Below, piece by piece: positions 11,451-25,609 of a DNA stretch of 64,000 nt (position 1 is its first letter; every line of letters begins with the position of its first letter). The notes under the pieces were generated by a model that was given only the letters and a program-made list of their open reading frames with translations, was not told where the DNA came from and searched no databases. The DNA lies in assembly GCF_009914755.1 (NCBI RefSeq), contig NC_060948.1; one strand, 5' to 3'. A program made the translations under genes and the position numbers. This stretch comes from the human T2T-CHM13v2.0 reference genome, Homo sapiens.

Positions 11451-14400
11451 ATTCATTGGAATGGAAGGGAATGTAGTGTAATGGACAGGCCTGCAATAAA
11501 GTGGAATGCTACGGTCTCGAATGGAATAAAAATGTATGGAATGGAATGCAATGAAACGGAATCGAATGTCATAGAATGTAATGGAATGCAAAAAAATGGA
11601 ATCCAAAATCATTGACTGGAAAGGCTGGGTGTCGAAAGGAATTGACTCCAATGGAATGGAATCGAATGGAATGGAAGTGAATAGAATCAAACTAAATCGA
11701 ATGGAATGGAATTGATAGGAACGGAATGGAAAGGAATGCAATGATTTGGCATGGAATGGAATCGAATGGCATCAAATGGAATGGAATGGAATGCAATGGA
11801 ATGGAATGTATTAGAATATAATGAACTTTAATGGAATGTACTCGAATGGATTCGACTGGAATGGAATGTTCTGGAAGTGAATGGACTCCAATGGAATGGA
11901 TTCCAAAGGAATGGAATCGTACGGAATGGAATCTAATGGAATGGAATTAAATGGAAATGAATCAAATTGAATAGCACGGAATTGAATTGAATGGAATGGA
12001 ATGCAATGGAATCTAATGAAACGGAAAGGAAAGGAATGCAATGGAATGGAATGGGCTGGAATGGAAAGGAATCGAAACGAATGGAATGGAATCGAACTGA
12101 AGAGACTGGAATGGAAAGCACTGGAATGGAAGGGAGTGTAATGGAAGGTTCTCGAAAAAAATGGAATCGAATGGAATGGAATTGAATGGAACGGAATAGA
12201 GTCGAATGCAATTGAATGGAATGGAATGGACTAGAGTGAAATGGAATCGAACCACAAGGAATGGACAGGAATAGAATGGTCTCGAATTGAATGGAATCGT
12301 ATGGAATGGCATCAAACGGAATGGAATGGACAGCCACGGAATGGAATGCACTCGAATGCAATGGAGTCGAAACTAATGGACTGGAATAGAATGGATTCGA
12401 CTGGTACGGACTCCAATGGAATGGAATCGAATGGAAGGGAATCGAACGGAATGGACTCGAAGGGAAAAGACTGCAATGGAAAGGTCTCGAATGGAATGGA
12501 AATTAATGGAATGGAATGGAATCGAATGAAATGGAGTCAAAAGGAATGGAATCGAATGGCAAGAAATCAAATGTAATGGAATCGCAAGGAATTGATGTGA
12601 ACGGAACGGAATGGAATGGAATCCAAAGGAATGGAATAGAATGGAATGGAATCGAATGGAAAGGACTCGAATGGAAATCACTCGAATAGAATGCAATTTA
12701 ATAAAATAGGATCAAATGTAATGGAATGGAATGGAAAGGAATCGAAACGAAAGGAATGGAGACCGATGGAATGGAATGGAACAGAGAGCAATGGTATAGA
12801 ATGGAATGGAATCATCTGGAATGGAATTGAATGGAATGGAATAATATGAAATGGAATGGAATGGAATGGAATGGAATGCCCTTGAATTAAATGAACTGGA
12901 ATGGAATGGACTCGAACAGAGTGGAATGGAAAGTGTTGAGATAGAATGGAATGGACTCCTTTGGAATGGTCTAGCATGCAATGCAATCGACTGGCAGGGA
13001 ATCAAAAGGAATGTAATAGAATGGATTGGACTGGAATGCAATGGACTCGAATAGATTGGAAACGGAATGCAAAGGAATGGAATGGAATAGTATGGAATGG
13101 AATGGAAAGGAATGGAGTGGAATAGACTAGAGTGGAATGGAATGGACTCGAAAGCAATGGACTGGAATGGAACTTTCTTGAATGGACTGGAATCAAACGG
13201 AATGGAATGCAATGCAATCAAATGGCATGGAATAAGATAGAATGAAAGAGAATCAAATGGAATTGAATGGAATGGAATCGAATGGATTGGAAAGGAATAG
13301 AATGGAATGGAATGGAATTGACTCAAATGGAATGGACTAGAATGGAATGGATTCGAATGGAAGGCAAAGGAATGGAATCTATTGGAATGGACTGTAATGG
13401 AATGCAATGAAAGGGATTGGAATGGACTCGAATGGAATGGACTGCAATAGAAAGGATTCGAATGGAATGAAAAAGAATTGAATGGAATAGAACAGAATGG
13501 AATCAAATCGAATGAAATGGAATGGAATAGAAAGGAATGGAATGAAATGGAATGGAAAGGATTCGAATGGAATGCAATCGAATGGAATGGAATCGAACGG
13601 AATGGAATAAAATGGAAGAAAACTGGCAAGAAATGGAATCGAAATGAATGGAGTGTTATGGAATGGACTCAAAAGGAATTGAATGTAATAGAATGGAGTG
13701 GAGTGGACTCGAATATAATGGACTGGAATGGAATGAAATCACACGGAATGGGAACGAATGGAATGGAATGGAAAGGAATGGAATCGAATGGAAAGGAATC
13801 GAATGGAAGGGAATGAAATTGAATCAACAGGAATGGAAGGGAATAGAATAGACGGTAATGGAATGGACTCGAATAGAATGGACACGAATGCTCAAATTGA
13901 ATGGACTTGAATGGAATGGAAACGAAAGGAATGTCATCGAATGGAATTGAATCGATTGGAATGAAATCGCATAGAATGGAGTGGAATCAAATGGAATTGA
14001 ATCGAAAGGAAAGGAAGCGAATGGACTGAAATGAAATGGAATGGAATTGAATGGAAAGTAATGCAATGGAATAGAATGGAACGAAATTTCACGGAATGGA
14101 ATCAAACTGAATGGAATCAAATCAATAGAATCAAATCAAATGGAATGGAAAGGAATTGAATGGAGTAGATTGGATTGGATGGGATTGGAATGAAATGTAC
14201 TGGAAAGGACTCGAATTTCATGAAACGGAATGGAATGAATTGGAACGGAATGGACTCGAATGGAATGGAATGTCATGGAATGGCATCAAATGGAATGGCA
14301 TCAAATGGAATGGAATCGAATGCAATGGAATGCTATGGAATGGAATGGAATGCATTGGAATGGAATGTCCTCTAATGGAATGGATTCGAGTGGAATGGAA

Positions 14401-14984
14401 TCGAATATAATGGAGTCGAATGAAATGGAATTGAAAAGAATGGGATCGAATACAATGGAATATACTGGAATGTAATGTAATGAACTCGAATGTAATTGAC
14501 TGGAATGGAATGTACATGAATGGAATGTAATCGAATGGAAAGTAATCCAATGGAATAGAATCTAATGCAATAAAATCGACTCAGATAGAGTAGAATGTAA
14601 TGGAATGGAGTGCAGTGCAATGGAATGGAATGGAATGCAATGGAATGGAATGGAATGGAATGGAATGGGATGGAATGGTATGGAATGGATAGTAATGGAC
14701 TGGAAAGGAATGGACTCAAATTGAAAGGGCTCGAAAGGAATGGAGACAAATGGAATGGTCTGGAATGGAATGAACACGAATGTAATGCAATCCAATAGAA
14801 TGGAGTCGAATGGCAGGGAATATAAAGAAATGGAATCGAAGAGAATGGAAGCAAATGGAATGGAATTGAATGGAATGGAATTGAATGGAATGGGAACGAA
14901 TGGAGTGAAATTGTATGCAGTAGAAGAGAATAGAATGGAATGCAAGCGAAAGGAAAGGAATGGATTGGAATGGAATGGAATGGA
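11451..14984 (+). repeat. DYZ1 unit U5, 3534 bp
   Basis: Landmarks 11451/14985; 15-bp deletion at ~14700. Confidence 0.95.
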
Positions 14985-17900
14985 ATTCATTGGAATGGAA
15001 GGGAATGTAGTGTAATGGACAGGCCTGCAATAAAGTGGAATGCTACGGTCTTGAATGGAATAAAAATGTATGGAATGGAAAGCAATGAAACGGAATCGAA
15101 TGTCATAGAATGTAATGCAATGCAAAAAAATGGAATCCAAAATCATTGACTGGAAAGTCTGGGTGTCGAAAGGAATTGACTCCGATGGAGTGGAATCGAA
15201 TGGAATGGAAGTGAATAGAATCAAACTAAATCGAATGGAATGGAATTGATAGGAACGGAATGGAAAGGAATGCAATGATTTGGCATGGAATGGAATCGAA
15301 TGTCTTCAAATGGAATGGAATGGAATGCAATGGAATGGAATGTATTAGAATGTAATGAACTTTAATGGAATATACTCGAATGGATTCGACTGGAATGGAA
15401 TGTTCTGGAAGTGAATGGACTCCAATGGAATGGATTCAAAAGGAATGGAATCGTACGCAATGGAATCTAATGGAATGGAATTAAATGGAAATGAATCAAA
15501 TTGAATAGCACGGAATTGAATTGAATGGAATGGAATGCAATGGAATCTAATGAAACGGAAAGGAAAGGAATGCAATGGAATGGAATGGGCTGGAATGGAA
15601 AGGAATCGAAACGAATGGAATGGAATCGAACTGAAGAGACTGGAATGGAAAGCACTGGAATGGAAGGGAGTGTAATGTAAGGTTCTCGAAAAAAATGGAA
15701 TCGAATGGAATGCAATTGAATGGAACGGAATAGAGTCGAATGCAATTGAATGGAATGGAATGGACTAGAGTGAAATGGAATCGAACCACAAGGAATGGAC
15801 AGGAATAGAATGGTCTCGAATTGAATGGAATCGTATGGAATGGCATCAAACGGAATGGAATGGACAGCCACGGAATGGAATGCACTCGAATGCAATGGAG
15901 TCGAAACTAATGGACTGGAATAGAATAGACTCGACTGGTAAGGACTCCAATGGAATGGAATCGAATGGAAGGGAAACGAACGGAATGGACTCGAAGGGAA
16001 AAGACTGCAATGGAAAGGTCTCGAATGGAATGGAAATTAATGGAATGGAATGGAATCGAATGAAATGGAGGCAAAAGGAATGGAATCGAATGGCAAGAAA
16101 TCGAATGTAATGGAATCGCAAGGAATTGATGTGAACGGAACGGAATGGAATGGAATCCAAAGGAATGGAATAGAATGGAATGGAATCGAATGGAAAGGAC
16201 TCGAATGGAAATCACTCGAATAGAATGCAATTTAATAAAATAGGATCAAATGTAATGGAATGGAATGGAAAGGAATCGAAACGAAAGGAATGGAGACCGA
16301 TGGAATGGAATGGAACAGAGAGCAATGGTATAGAATGGAATGGAATCATCTGGAATGGAATTGAATGGAATGGAATAATATGAAATGGAATGGAATGGAA
16401 TGGAATGGAATGCCCTTGAATTAAATGGACTGGAATGGAATGGACTCGAACAGAGTGGAATGGAAAGTGTTGAGATAGAATGGAATGGACTCCTTTGGAA
16501 TGGTGTAGTATGCAATGCAATCGACTGGCAGGGAATCAAAAGGAATGTAATCGAATGGATTGGACTGGAATGCAATGGACTCGAATAGATTGGAAACGGA
16601 ATGCAAAGGAATGGAATGGAATAGTATGGAATGGAATGGAAAGGAATGGAGTGGAATAGACTAGAGTGGAATGGAATGGACTCGAAAGCAATGGACTGGA
16701 ATGGAACTTTCTTGAATGGACTGGAATCAAACGGAATGGAATGCAATGCAATCAAATGACATGGAATAAGATAGAATGAAAGAGAATCAAATGGAGTTAA
16801 ATCGAATGGAATCGAATGGATTGGAAAGGAATAGAATGGAATGGAATGGAATTGACTCAAATGGAATGGACTAGAATGGAATGGATTCGAATGGAAGGCA
16901 AAGGAATGGAATCTATTGGAATGGACTGTAATGGAATGCAATGGAAGGGATTGGAATGGACTCGAATGGAATGGACTGCAATAGAAAGGATTCGAATGGA
17001 ATGAAAAAGAATTGAATGGAATAGAACAGAATGGAATCAAATCGAATGAAATGGAATGGAATAGAAAGGAATGGAATGAAATGGAATGCAAAGGATTCGA
17101 ATGGAATGCAATCGAATGGAATGGAATCGAACGGAATGGAATAAAATGGAAGAAAACTGGCAAGAAATGGAATCGAAATGAATGGAGTGTTATGGAACGG
17201 ACTCAAAAGGAATTGAATGTAATAGAATGGAGTGGAGTGGACTCGAATATAATGGACTGGAATGGAATGAAATCACATGGAATGGGAACGAATGGAATGG
17301 AATGGAAAGGAATGGAATCGAATGGAAAGGAATCGAATGGAAGGGAATGAAATTGAATCAACAGGAATGGAAGGGAATAGAATAGACGGTAATGGAATGG
17401 ACTCGAATAGAATGGACACGAATGCTCAAATTGAATGGACTCGAATGGAATGGAAACGAAAGGAATGTCATCGAATGGAATTGAATCGATTGGAATGAAA
17501 TCACATAGAATGGAGTGGAATCAAATGGAATTGAATCGAAAGGAAAGGAAGCGAATGGACTGAAATGAAATGGAATGGAATTGAATGGAAAGTAATGCAA
17601 TGGAATAGAATGGAACGAAATTTCACGGAACGGAATCAAACTGAATGGAATCAAATCAATGGAATCTAATCAAATGGAATGGAAAGGAATTGAATGGAGT
17701 AGATTGGATTGGATGGGATTGGAATGAAATGTACTGGAAAGGACTCGAATTTCATGAAACGGAATGGAATGAATTGGAACGGAAGGGACTCGAATGGAAT
17801 GGAATGTCATGGAATGGCATCAAATGGAATGGCATCAAATGGAATGGAATCGAATGCAATGGAATGTTATGGAATGGAATGGAATGCATTGGAATGGAAT

Positions 17901-18533
17901 GTCCTCTAATGGAATGGATTCGAGTGGAATGGAATCGAATATAATGGAGTCGAATGAAATGGAATTGAAAAGAATGGGATCGAATACAATGGAATATACT
18001 GGAATGAAATGTAATGAACTCGAATGTAATTGACTGGAATGGAATGTACATGAATGGAATGTAATCGAATGGAAGGTAATCCAATGGAATAGAATCTAAT
18101 GCAATAAAATCGACTCAGATAGAGTAGAATGTAATGGAATGGAGTGCAGTGCAATGGAATGGAATGGAATGGAATGCAATGGAATGGAATGGAATGGAAT
18201 GGAATGGGATGGAATGGTATGGAATGGATAGTAATGGACTGGAGTGAAATGGACTGGAAAGGGATGGACTCAAATTGAAAGGGCTCGAAAGGAATGGAGA
18301 CAAATGGAATGGTCTGGAATGGAATGAACACGAATGTAATGCAATCCAATAGAATGGAGTCGAATGGCATGGAATATAAAGAAATGGAATCGAAGAGAAT
18401 GGAAACAAATGGAATGGAATTGAATGGAATGGAATTGAATGGAATGGGAACGAATGGAGTGAAATTGTATGCAGTAGAAGAGAATAGAATGGAATGCAAG
18501 CGAAAGGAAAGGAATGGATTGGAATGGAATGGA
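14985..18533 (+). repeat. DYZ1 unit U6, 3549 bp
   Basis: Landmarks 14985/18534. Confidence 0.95.
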
Positions 18534-21500
18534 ATTCATTGGAATGGAAGGGAATGTAGTGTAATGGACAGGCCTGGAATAAAGTGGAATGCTACGGTCT
18601 CGAATGGAATAAAAATGTATGGAATGGAATGCAATGAAACGGAATCGAATGTCATAGAATGTAATGGAATGCAAAAAAATGGACTCCAAAATCATTGACT
18701 GGAAAGGCTGGGTGTCGAAAGGAATTGACTCCAATGGAATGGAATCGAATGGAATGGAAGTGAATAGAATCAAACTAAATCGAATGGAATGGAATTGATA
18801 GGAACGGAATGGAAAGGAATGCAATGATTTGGCATGGAATGGAACCGAATGGCATCGAATGGAATGGAATGGAATGCAATGGAATGGAATGTATTAGAAT
18901 GTAATGAACTTTAATGGAATGTACTCGAATGGATTCGACTGGAATGGAATGTTCTGGAAGTGAATGGACTCCAATGGAATGGATTCAAAAGGAATGCAAT
19001 CGTACGGAATGGAATCTAATGGAATGGAATTAAATGGAAATGAATCAAATTGAATAGCACGGAATTGAATTGAATGGAATGGAATGCAATGGAATCTAAT
19101 GAAACGGAAAGGAAAGGAATGGAATGGAATGGAATGGGCTGGAATGGAAAGGAATCGAAACGAATGGAATGGAATCGAACTGAAGAGACTGGAATGGAAT
19201 GCACTGGAATGGAAGGGAGTGTAATGGAAGGTTCTCGAAAAAAAGGAATCGAATGGAATGGAATTGAATGGAACGGAATAGAGTCGAATGGAATTGAATG
19301 GAATGGAATGGACTAGAGTGAAATGGAATCGAACCACAAGGAATGGGCAGGAATAGAATGGTCTCGAATTGAATGGAATCGTATGGAATGGCATCAAACG
19401 GAATGGAATGGACAGCCCCGGAATGGAATGCACTCGAATGCAATGGAGTCGAAACTAATGGACTGGAATAGAATGGACTCGACTGGTACGGACTCCAATG
19501 GAATGGAATCGAATGGAAGGGAATCGAACGGAATGGACTCGAAGGGAAAAGACTGCAATGGAAAGGTCTCGAATGGAATGGAAATTAATGGAATGGAATG
19601 GAATCGAATGAAATGGAGTCAAAAGGAATGGAATCGAAGGGCAAGAAATCGAATGTAATGGAATCGCAAGGAATTGATGTGAACGGAACGGAATGGAATG
19701 GAATCCAAAGGAATGGAATAGAATGGAATGGAATCGAATGGAAAGGACTCGAATGGAAATCACTCGAATAGAATGCAATTTAATAAAATAGGATCAAATG
19801 TAATGGAATGGAATGGAAGGGAATCGAAACGAAAGGAATGGAGACAGATGGAATGGAATGGAACAGAGAGCAATGGTATAGAATGGAATGGAATCATCTG
19901 GAATGGAATTGAATGGAATGGAATAATATGAAATGGAATGGAATGGAATGGAATGGAATGCCCTCGAATTAAATGGACTGGAATGGAATGGACTCGAACA
20001 GAGTGGAATGGAAAGTGTTGAGATAGAATGGAATGGACTCCTTTGGAATGGTGTAGTATGCAATGCAATCGACTGGCAGGGAATCAAAAGCAATGTAATG
20101 GAATGGATTGGACTGGAATGCAATGGACTCGAATAGATTGGAAACGGCATGCAAAGGAATGGAATGGAATAGTATGGAATGGAATGGAAAGGAATGGAGT
20201 GGAATAGACTAGAGTGGAATGGAATGGACTGGAAAGCAATGGACTGGAATGGAAGTTTCTTGAATGGACTGGAATCAAACGGAATGGAATGCAATGCAAT
20301 CAAATGGCATGGAATAAAATAGAATGAAAGAGAATCAAATGGAATTGAATCGAATGGAATCGAATGGATTGGAAAGGAATAGAATGGAATGGAATGGAAT
20401 TGACTCAAATGGAATGGACTAGAATGGAATGGATTCGAATGGAAGGCAAAGGAATGGAATCTATTGGAATGGACTGTAATGGAATGGAATGGAAGGGATT
20501 GGAATGGACTCGAATGGAATGGACTGCAATAGAAAGGATTCGAATGGAATGAAAAAGAATTGAATGGAATAGAACAGAATGGAATCAAATCGAATGAAAT
20601 GGAATGGAATAGAAAGGAATGGAATGAAATGGAATGGAAAGGATTCGAATGGAATGCAATCGAATGGAATGGAATCGAACGGAATGGAATAAAATGGAAG
20701 AAAACTGGCAAGAAATGGAATCGAAATGAATGGAGTGTTATGGAACGGACTCAAAAGGAATTGAATGTAATAGAATGGAGTGGAGTGGACTCGAATATAA
20801 TGGACTGGAATGGAATGAAATCACATGGAATGGGAACGAATGGAATGGAATGGAAAGGAATGGAATCGAATGGAAAGGAATCGAATGGAAGGGAATGAAA
20901 TTGAATCAACAGGAATGGAAGGGAATAGAATAGACGGTAATGGAATGGACTCGAATAGAATGGACACGAATGCTCAAATTGAATGGACTCGAAAGGAATG
21001 GAAAGGAAAGGAATGTCATCGAATGGAATTGAATCGATTGGAATGAAATCGCATAGAATGGAGTGGAATCAAATGGAATTGAATCGAAAGGAAAGGAAGC
21101 GAATGGACTGAAATGAAATGGAATGGAATTGAATGGAAAGTAATGCAATGGAATAGAATGGAACGAAATTTCACGGAATGGAATCAAACTGAATGGAATC
21201 AAATCAATGGAATCTAATCAAATGGAATGGAAAGGAATTGAATGGAGTAGATTGGATTGGATGGGATTGGAATGAAATGTACTGGAAAGGACTCGAATTT
21301 CATGAAACGGAATGGAATGAATTGGAACGGAATGGACTCGAATGGAATGGAATGTCATGGAATGGCATCAAATGGAATGGCATCAAATGGAATGGAATCG
21401 AATGCAATGGAATGCTATGGAATGGAATGGAATGCATTGGAATGGAATGTCCTCTAATGGAATGGATTCGAGTGGAATGGAATCGAATATAATGGAGTCG

Positions 21501-22066
21501 AATGAAATGGAATTGAAAGGAATGGGATCGAATAGAATAGAATATACTGGAATGTAATGTAATGAACTCGAATGTAATTGACTGGAATGGAATGTACATG
21601 AATGGAATGTAATCGAATGGAAAGTAATCCAATGGAATAGAATCTAATGCAATAAAATCGACTCAAATAGAGTAGAATGTAATGGAATGGAGTGCAGTGC
21701 AATGGAATGCAATGGAATGGAATGGAATGGAATGGAATGGGATGGAATGGTATGGAATGGATAGTAATGGACTGGAGTGAAATGGACTGGAAAGGAATGG
21801 ACTCAAATTGAAAGGGCTCGAAAGGAATGGAGTCAAATGGAATGGTCTGGAATGGAATGAACACGAATGTAATGCAATCCAATAGAATGGAATCGAATGG
21901 CATGGAATATAAAGAAATGGAATCGAAGAGAATGGAAACAAATTGAATGGAATTGAATGGAATGGAATTGAATGGAATGGGAACGAATGGAGTGAAATTG
22001 TATGCAGTAGAAGAGAATAGAATGGAATGCAAGCGAAAGGAAAGGAATGGATTGGAATGGAATGGA
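18534..22066 (+). repeat. DYZ1 unit U7, 3533 bp
   Basis: Landmarks 18534/22067; 1-bp deletion at ~19244. Confidence 0.95.
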
Positions 22067-25000
22067 ATTCATTGGAATGGAAGGGAATGTAGTGTAATGG
22101 ACAGGCCTGGAATAAAGTGGAATGCTACGGTCTCGAATGGAATAAAAATGTATTGAATGGAATGCAATGAAACGGAATCGAATGTCATAGAATGTAATGG
22201 AATGCAAAAAATGGAATCCAAAATCATTGACTGGAAAGGCTGGGTGTCGAAAGGAATTGACTCCAATGGAATGGAATCGAATGGAATGGAAGTGAATAGA
22301 ATCGAACTAAATCGAATGGAATGGAATTGATAGGAACGGAATGGAAAGGAATGCAATGATTTGGCATGGAATGGAATCGAATGGCATCGAATGGAATGGA
22401 ATGGAATGCAATGGAATGGAATGTGTTAGAATGTAATGAACTTTAATGGAATGTACTCGAATGGATTCGACTGGAATGGAATGTTCTGGAAGTGAATGGA
22501 CTCCAATGGAATGGATTCCAAAGGAATGGAATCGTACGGAATGGAATCTAATGGAATGGAATTAAATGGAAATGAATCAAATGGAATAGCACGGAATTGA
22601 ATTGAATGGAATGGAATGCAATGGAATCTAATGAAACGGAAAGGAAAGGAATGGAATGGAATGGAATGGGCCTGAATGGAAAGGAATCGAAATGAATGGA
22701 ATAGAATCGAACTGAAGAGACTGGAATGGAATGCACTGGAATGGAAGGGACTGTAATGGAAGGTTCTCGAAAAAAATGGAATGGAATGGAATGGAATTGA
22801 ATGGAACGGAATAGAGTCGAATGCAATTGAATGGAATGGAATGGACTAGAGTGAAATGGAATCGAACCACAAGGAATGGACAGGAATAGAATGGTCTCGA
22901 ATTGAATGTAATCGTATGGAATGGCATCAAACGGAATGGAATGGACAGCCACGGAATGGAATGCACTCGAATGCAATGGAGTCGAAACTAATGGACTGGA
23001 ATAGAATGGACTCGACTGGTACGGACTCCAATGGAATGGAATCGAATGGAAGGGAATCGAACGGAATGGACTCGAAGGGAAAAGACTGCAATGGAAAGGT
23101 CTGGAATGGAATGGAAATTAATGGAATGGAATGGAATCGAATGAAATGGAGTCAAAAGGAATGGAATCGAATGGCAAGAAATCGAATGTAATGGAATCAC
23201 AAGGAATTGATGTGAACGGAACGGAATGGAATGGAATCCAAAGGAATGGAATAGAATGGAATGGAATCGAATGGAAAGGACTCGAATGGAAATCACTCGA
23301 ATAGAATGCAATTTAATAAAATAGGATCAAATGTAATGGAATGGAATGGAAAGGAATCGAAACGAAAGGAATGGAGACAGATGGAATGGAATGGAACAGA
23401 GAGCAATGGTATAGAATGGAATGGAATCATCTGGAATGGAATTGAATGGAATGGAATAATATGAAATGGAATGGAATGGAATGGAATGGAATGGAATGCC
23501 CTTGAATTAAATGGAATGGACTCGAACAGAGTGGAATGGAAAGTGTTGAGATAGCATGGAATGGACTCCTTCGGAATGGTCTAGTATGCAATGCAATCGA
23601 CTGGCAGGGAATCAAAAGGAATGTAATCGAATGGATTGGACTGGAATGCAATGGACTCGAATAGATTGGAAACGGAATGCAAAGGAATGGAATGGAATAG
23701 TATGGAATGGAATGGAAAGGAATGGAGTGGAATAGACTAGAGTGGAATGGAATGGACTGGAAAGCAATGGACTGGAATGGAACTTTCTTGAATGGACTGG
23801 AATCAAACGGAATGGAATGCAATGCAATCAAATGGCATGGAATAAAATAGAATGAAAGAGAATCAAATGGAATTGAATCGAATGGAATCGAATGGATTGG
23901 AAAGGAATAGAATGGAATGGAATGGAATTGACTCAAATGGAATGGACTAGAATGGAATGGATTCGAATGGAAGGCAAAGGAATGGAATCTATTGGAATGG
24001 ACTGTAATGGAATGGAATGGAAGGGATTGGAATGGACTCGAATGGAATGGACTGCAATAGAAAGGATTCGAATGGAATGAAAAAGAATTGAATGGAATAG
24101 AACAGAATGGAATCAAATCGAATGAAATGGAATGGAATAGAAAGGAATGGAATGAAATGGAATGGAAAGGATTCGAATGGAATGCAATCGAATGGAATGG
24201 AATCGAACGGAATGGAATAAAATGGAAGAAAACTGGCAAGAAATGGAATCGAAATGAATGGAGTGTTATGGAACGGACTCAAAAGGAATTGAATGTAATA
24301 GAATGGAGTGGAGTGGACTCGAATATAATGGACTGGAATGGAATGAAATCACATGGAATGGGAACGAATGGAATGGAATGGAAAGGAATGGAATCGAATG
24401 GAAAGGAATCGAATGGAAGGGAATGAAATTGAATCAACAGGAATGGAAGGGAATAGAATAGACGGTAATGGAATGGACTCGAATAGAATGGACACGAATG
24501 CTCAAATTGAATGGACTCGAATGGAATGGAAACGAAAGGAATGTCATCGAATGGAATTGAATGGATTGGAATGAAATCGCATAGAATGGAGTGGAATCAA
24601 ATGGAATTGAATCGAAAGGAAAGGAAGCGAATGGACTGAAATGAAATGGAATGGAATTGAATGGAAAGTAATGCAATGGAATAGAATGGAAGGAAATTTC
24701 ACGGAATGGAATCAAACTGAATGGAATCAAATCAATGGAATCTAATCAAATGGAATGGAAAGGAATTGAATGGAGTAGATTGGATTGGATGGGATTGGAA
24801 TGAAATGTACTGGAAAGGACTCGAATTTCATGAAACGGAATGGAATGAATTGGAACGGAATGGACTCGAATGGAATGGAATGTCATGGAATGGCATCAAA
24901 TGGAATGGCATCAAATGGATTGGAATCGAATGCAATGGAATGCTATGGAATGGAATGGAATGCATTGGAATGGAATGTCCTCTAATGGAATGGATTCGAG

Positions 25001-25609
25001 TGGAATGGAATCGAATATAATGGAGTCGAATGAAATGGAATTGAAAGGAATGGGATCGAATACAATGGAATATACTGGAATGTAATGTAATGAACTCGAA
25101 TGTAATTGACTGGAATGGAATGTACATGAATGGAATGTAATCGAATGGAAAGTAATCCAATGGAATAGAATCTAATGCAATAAAATCGACTCAGATAGAG
25201 TAGAATGTAATGGAATGGAGTGCAGTGGAATGGAATGGAATGGAATGGAATGCAATGGAATGGAATGGAATGGAATGGAATGGGATGGAATGGTATGGAA
25301 TGGATAGTAATGGACTGGAGTGAAATGGACTGGAAAGGAATGGACTCAAATTGAAAGGGCTCGAAAGGAATGGAGTCAAATGGAATGGTCTGGAATGGAA
25401 TGAACACGAATGTAATGCAATCCAATAGAATGGAATCGAATGGCATGGAATATAAATAAATGGAATCGAAGAGAATGGAAACAAATGGAATGGAATTGAA
25501 TGGAATGGAATTGAATGGAATGGGAACGAATGGAGTGAAATTGTATGCAGTAGAAGAGAATAGAATGGAATGCAAGCGAAAGGAAAGGAATGGATTGGAA
25601 TGGAATGGA
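22067..25609 (+). repeat. DYZ1 unit U8, 3543 bp
   Basis: Landmarks 22067/25610; A6 instead of A7 at ~22206. Confidence 0.95.
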
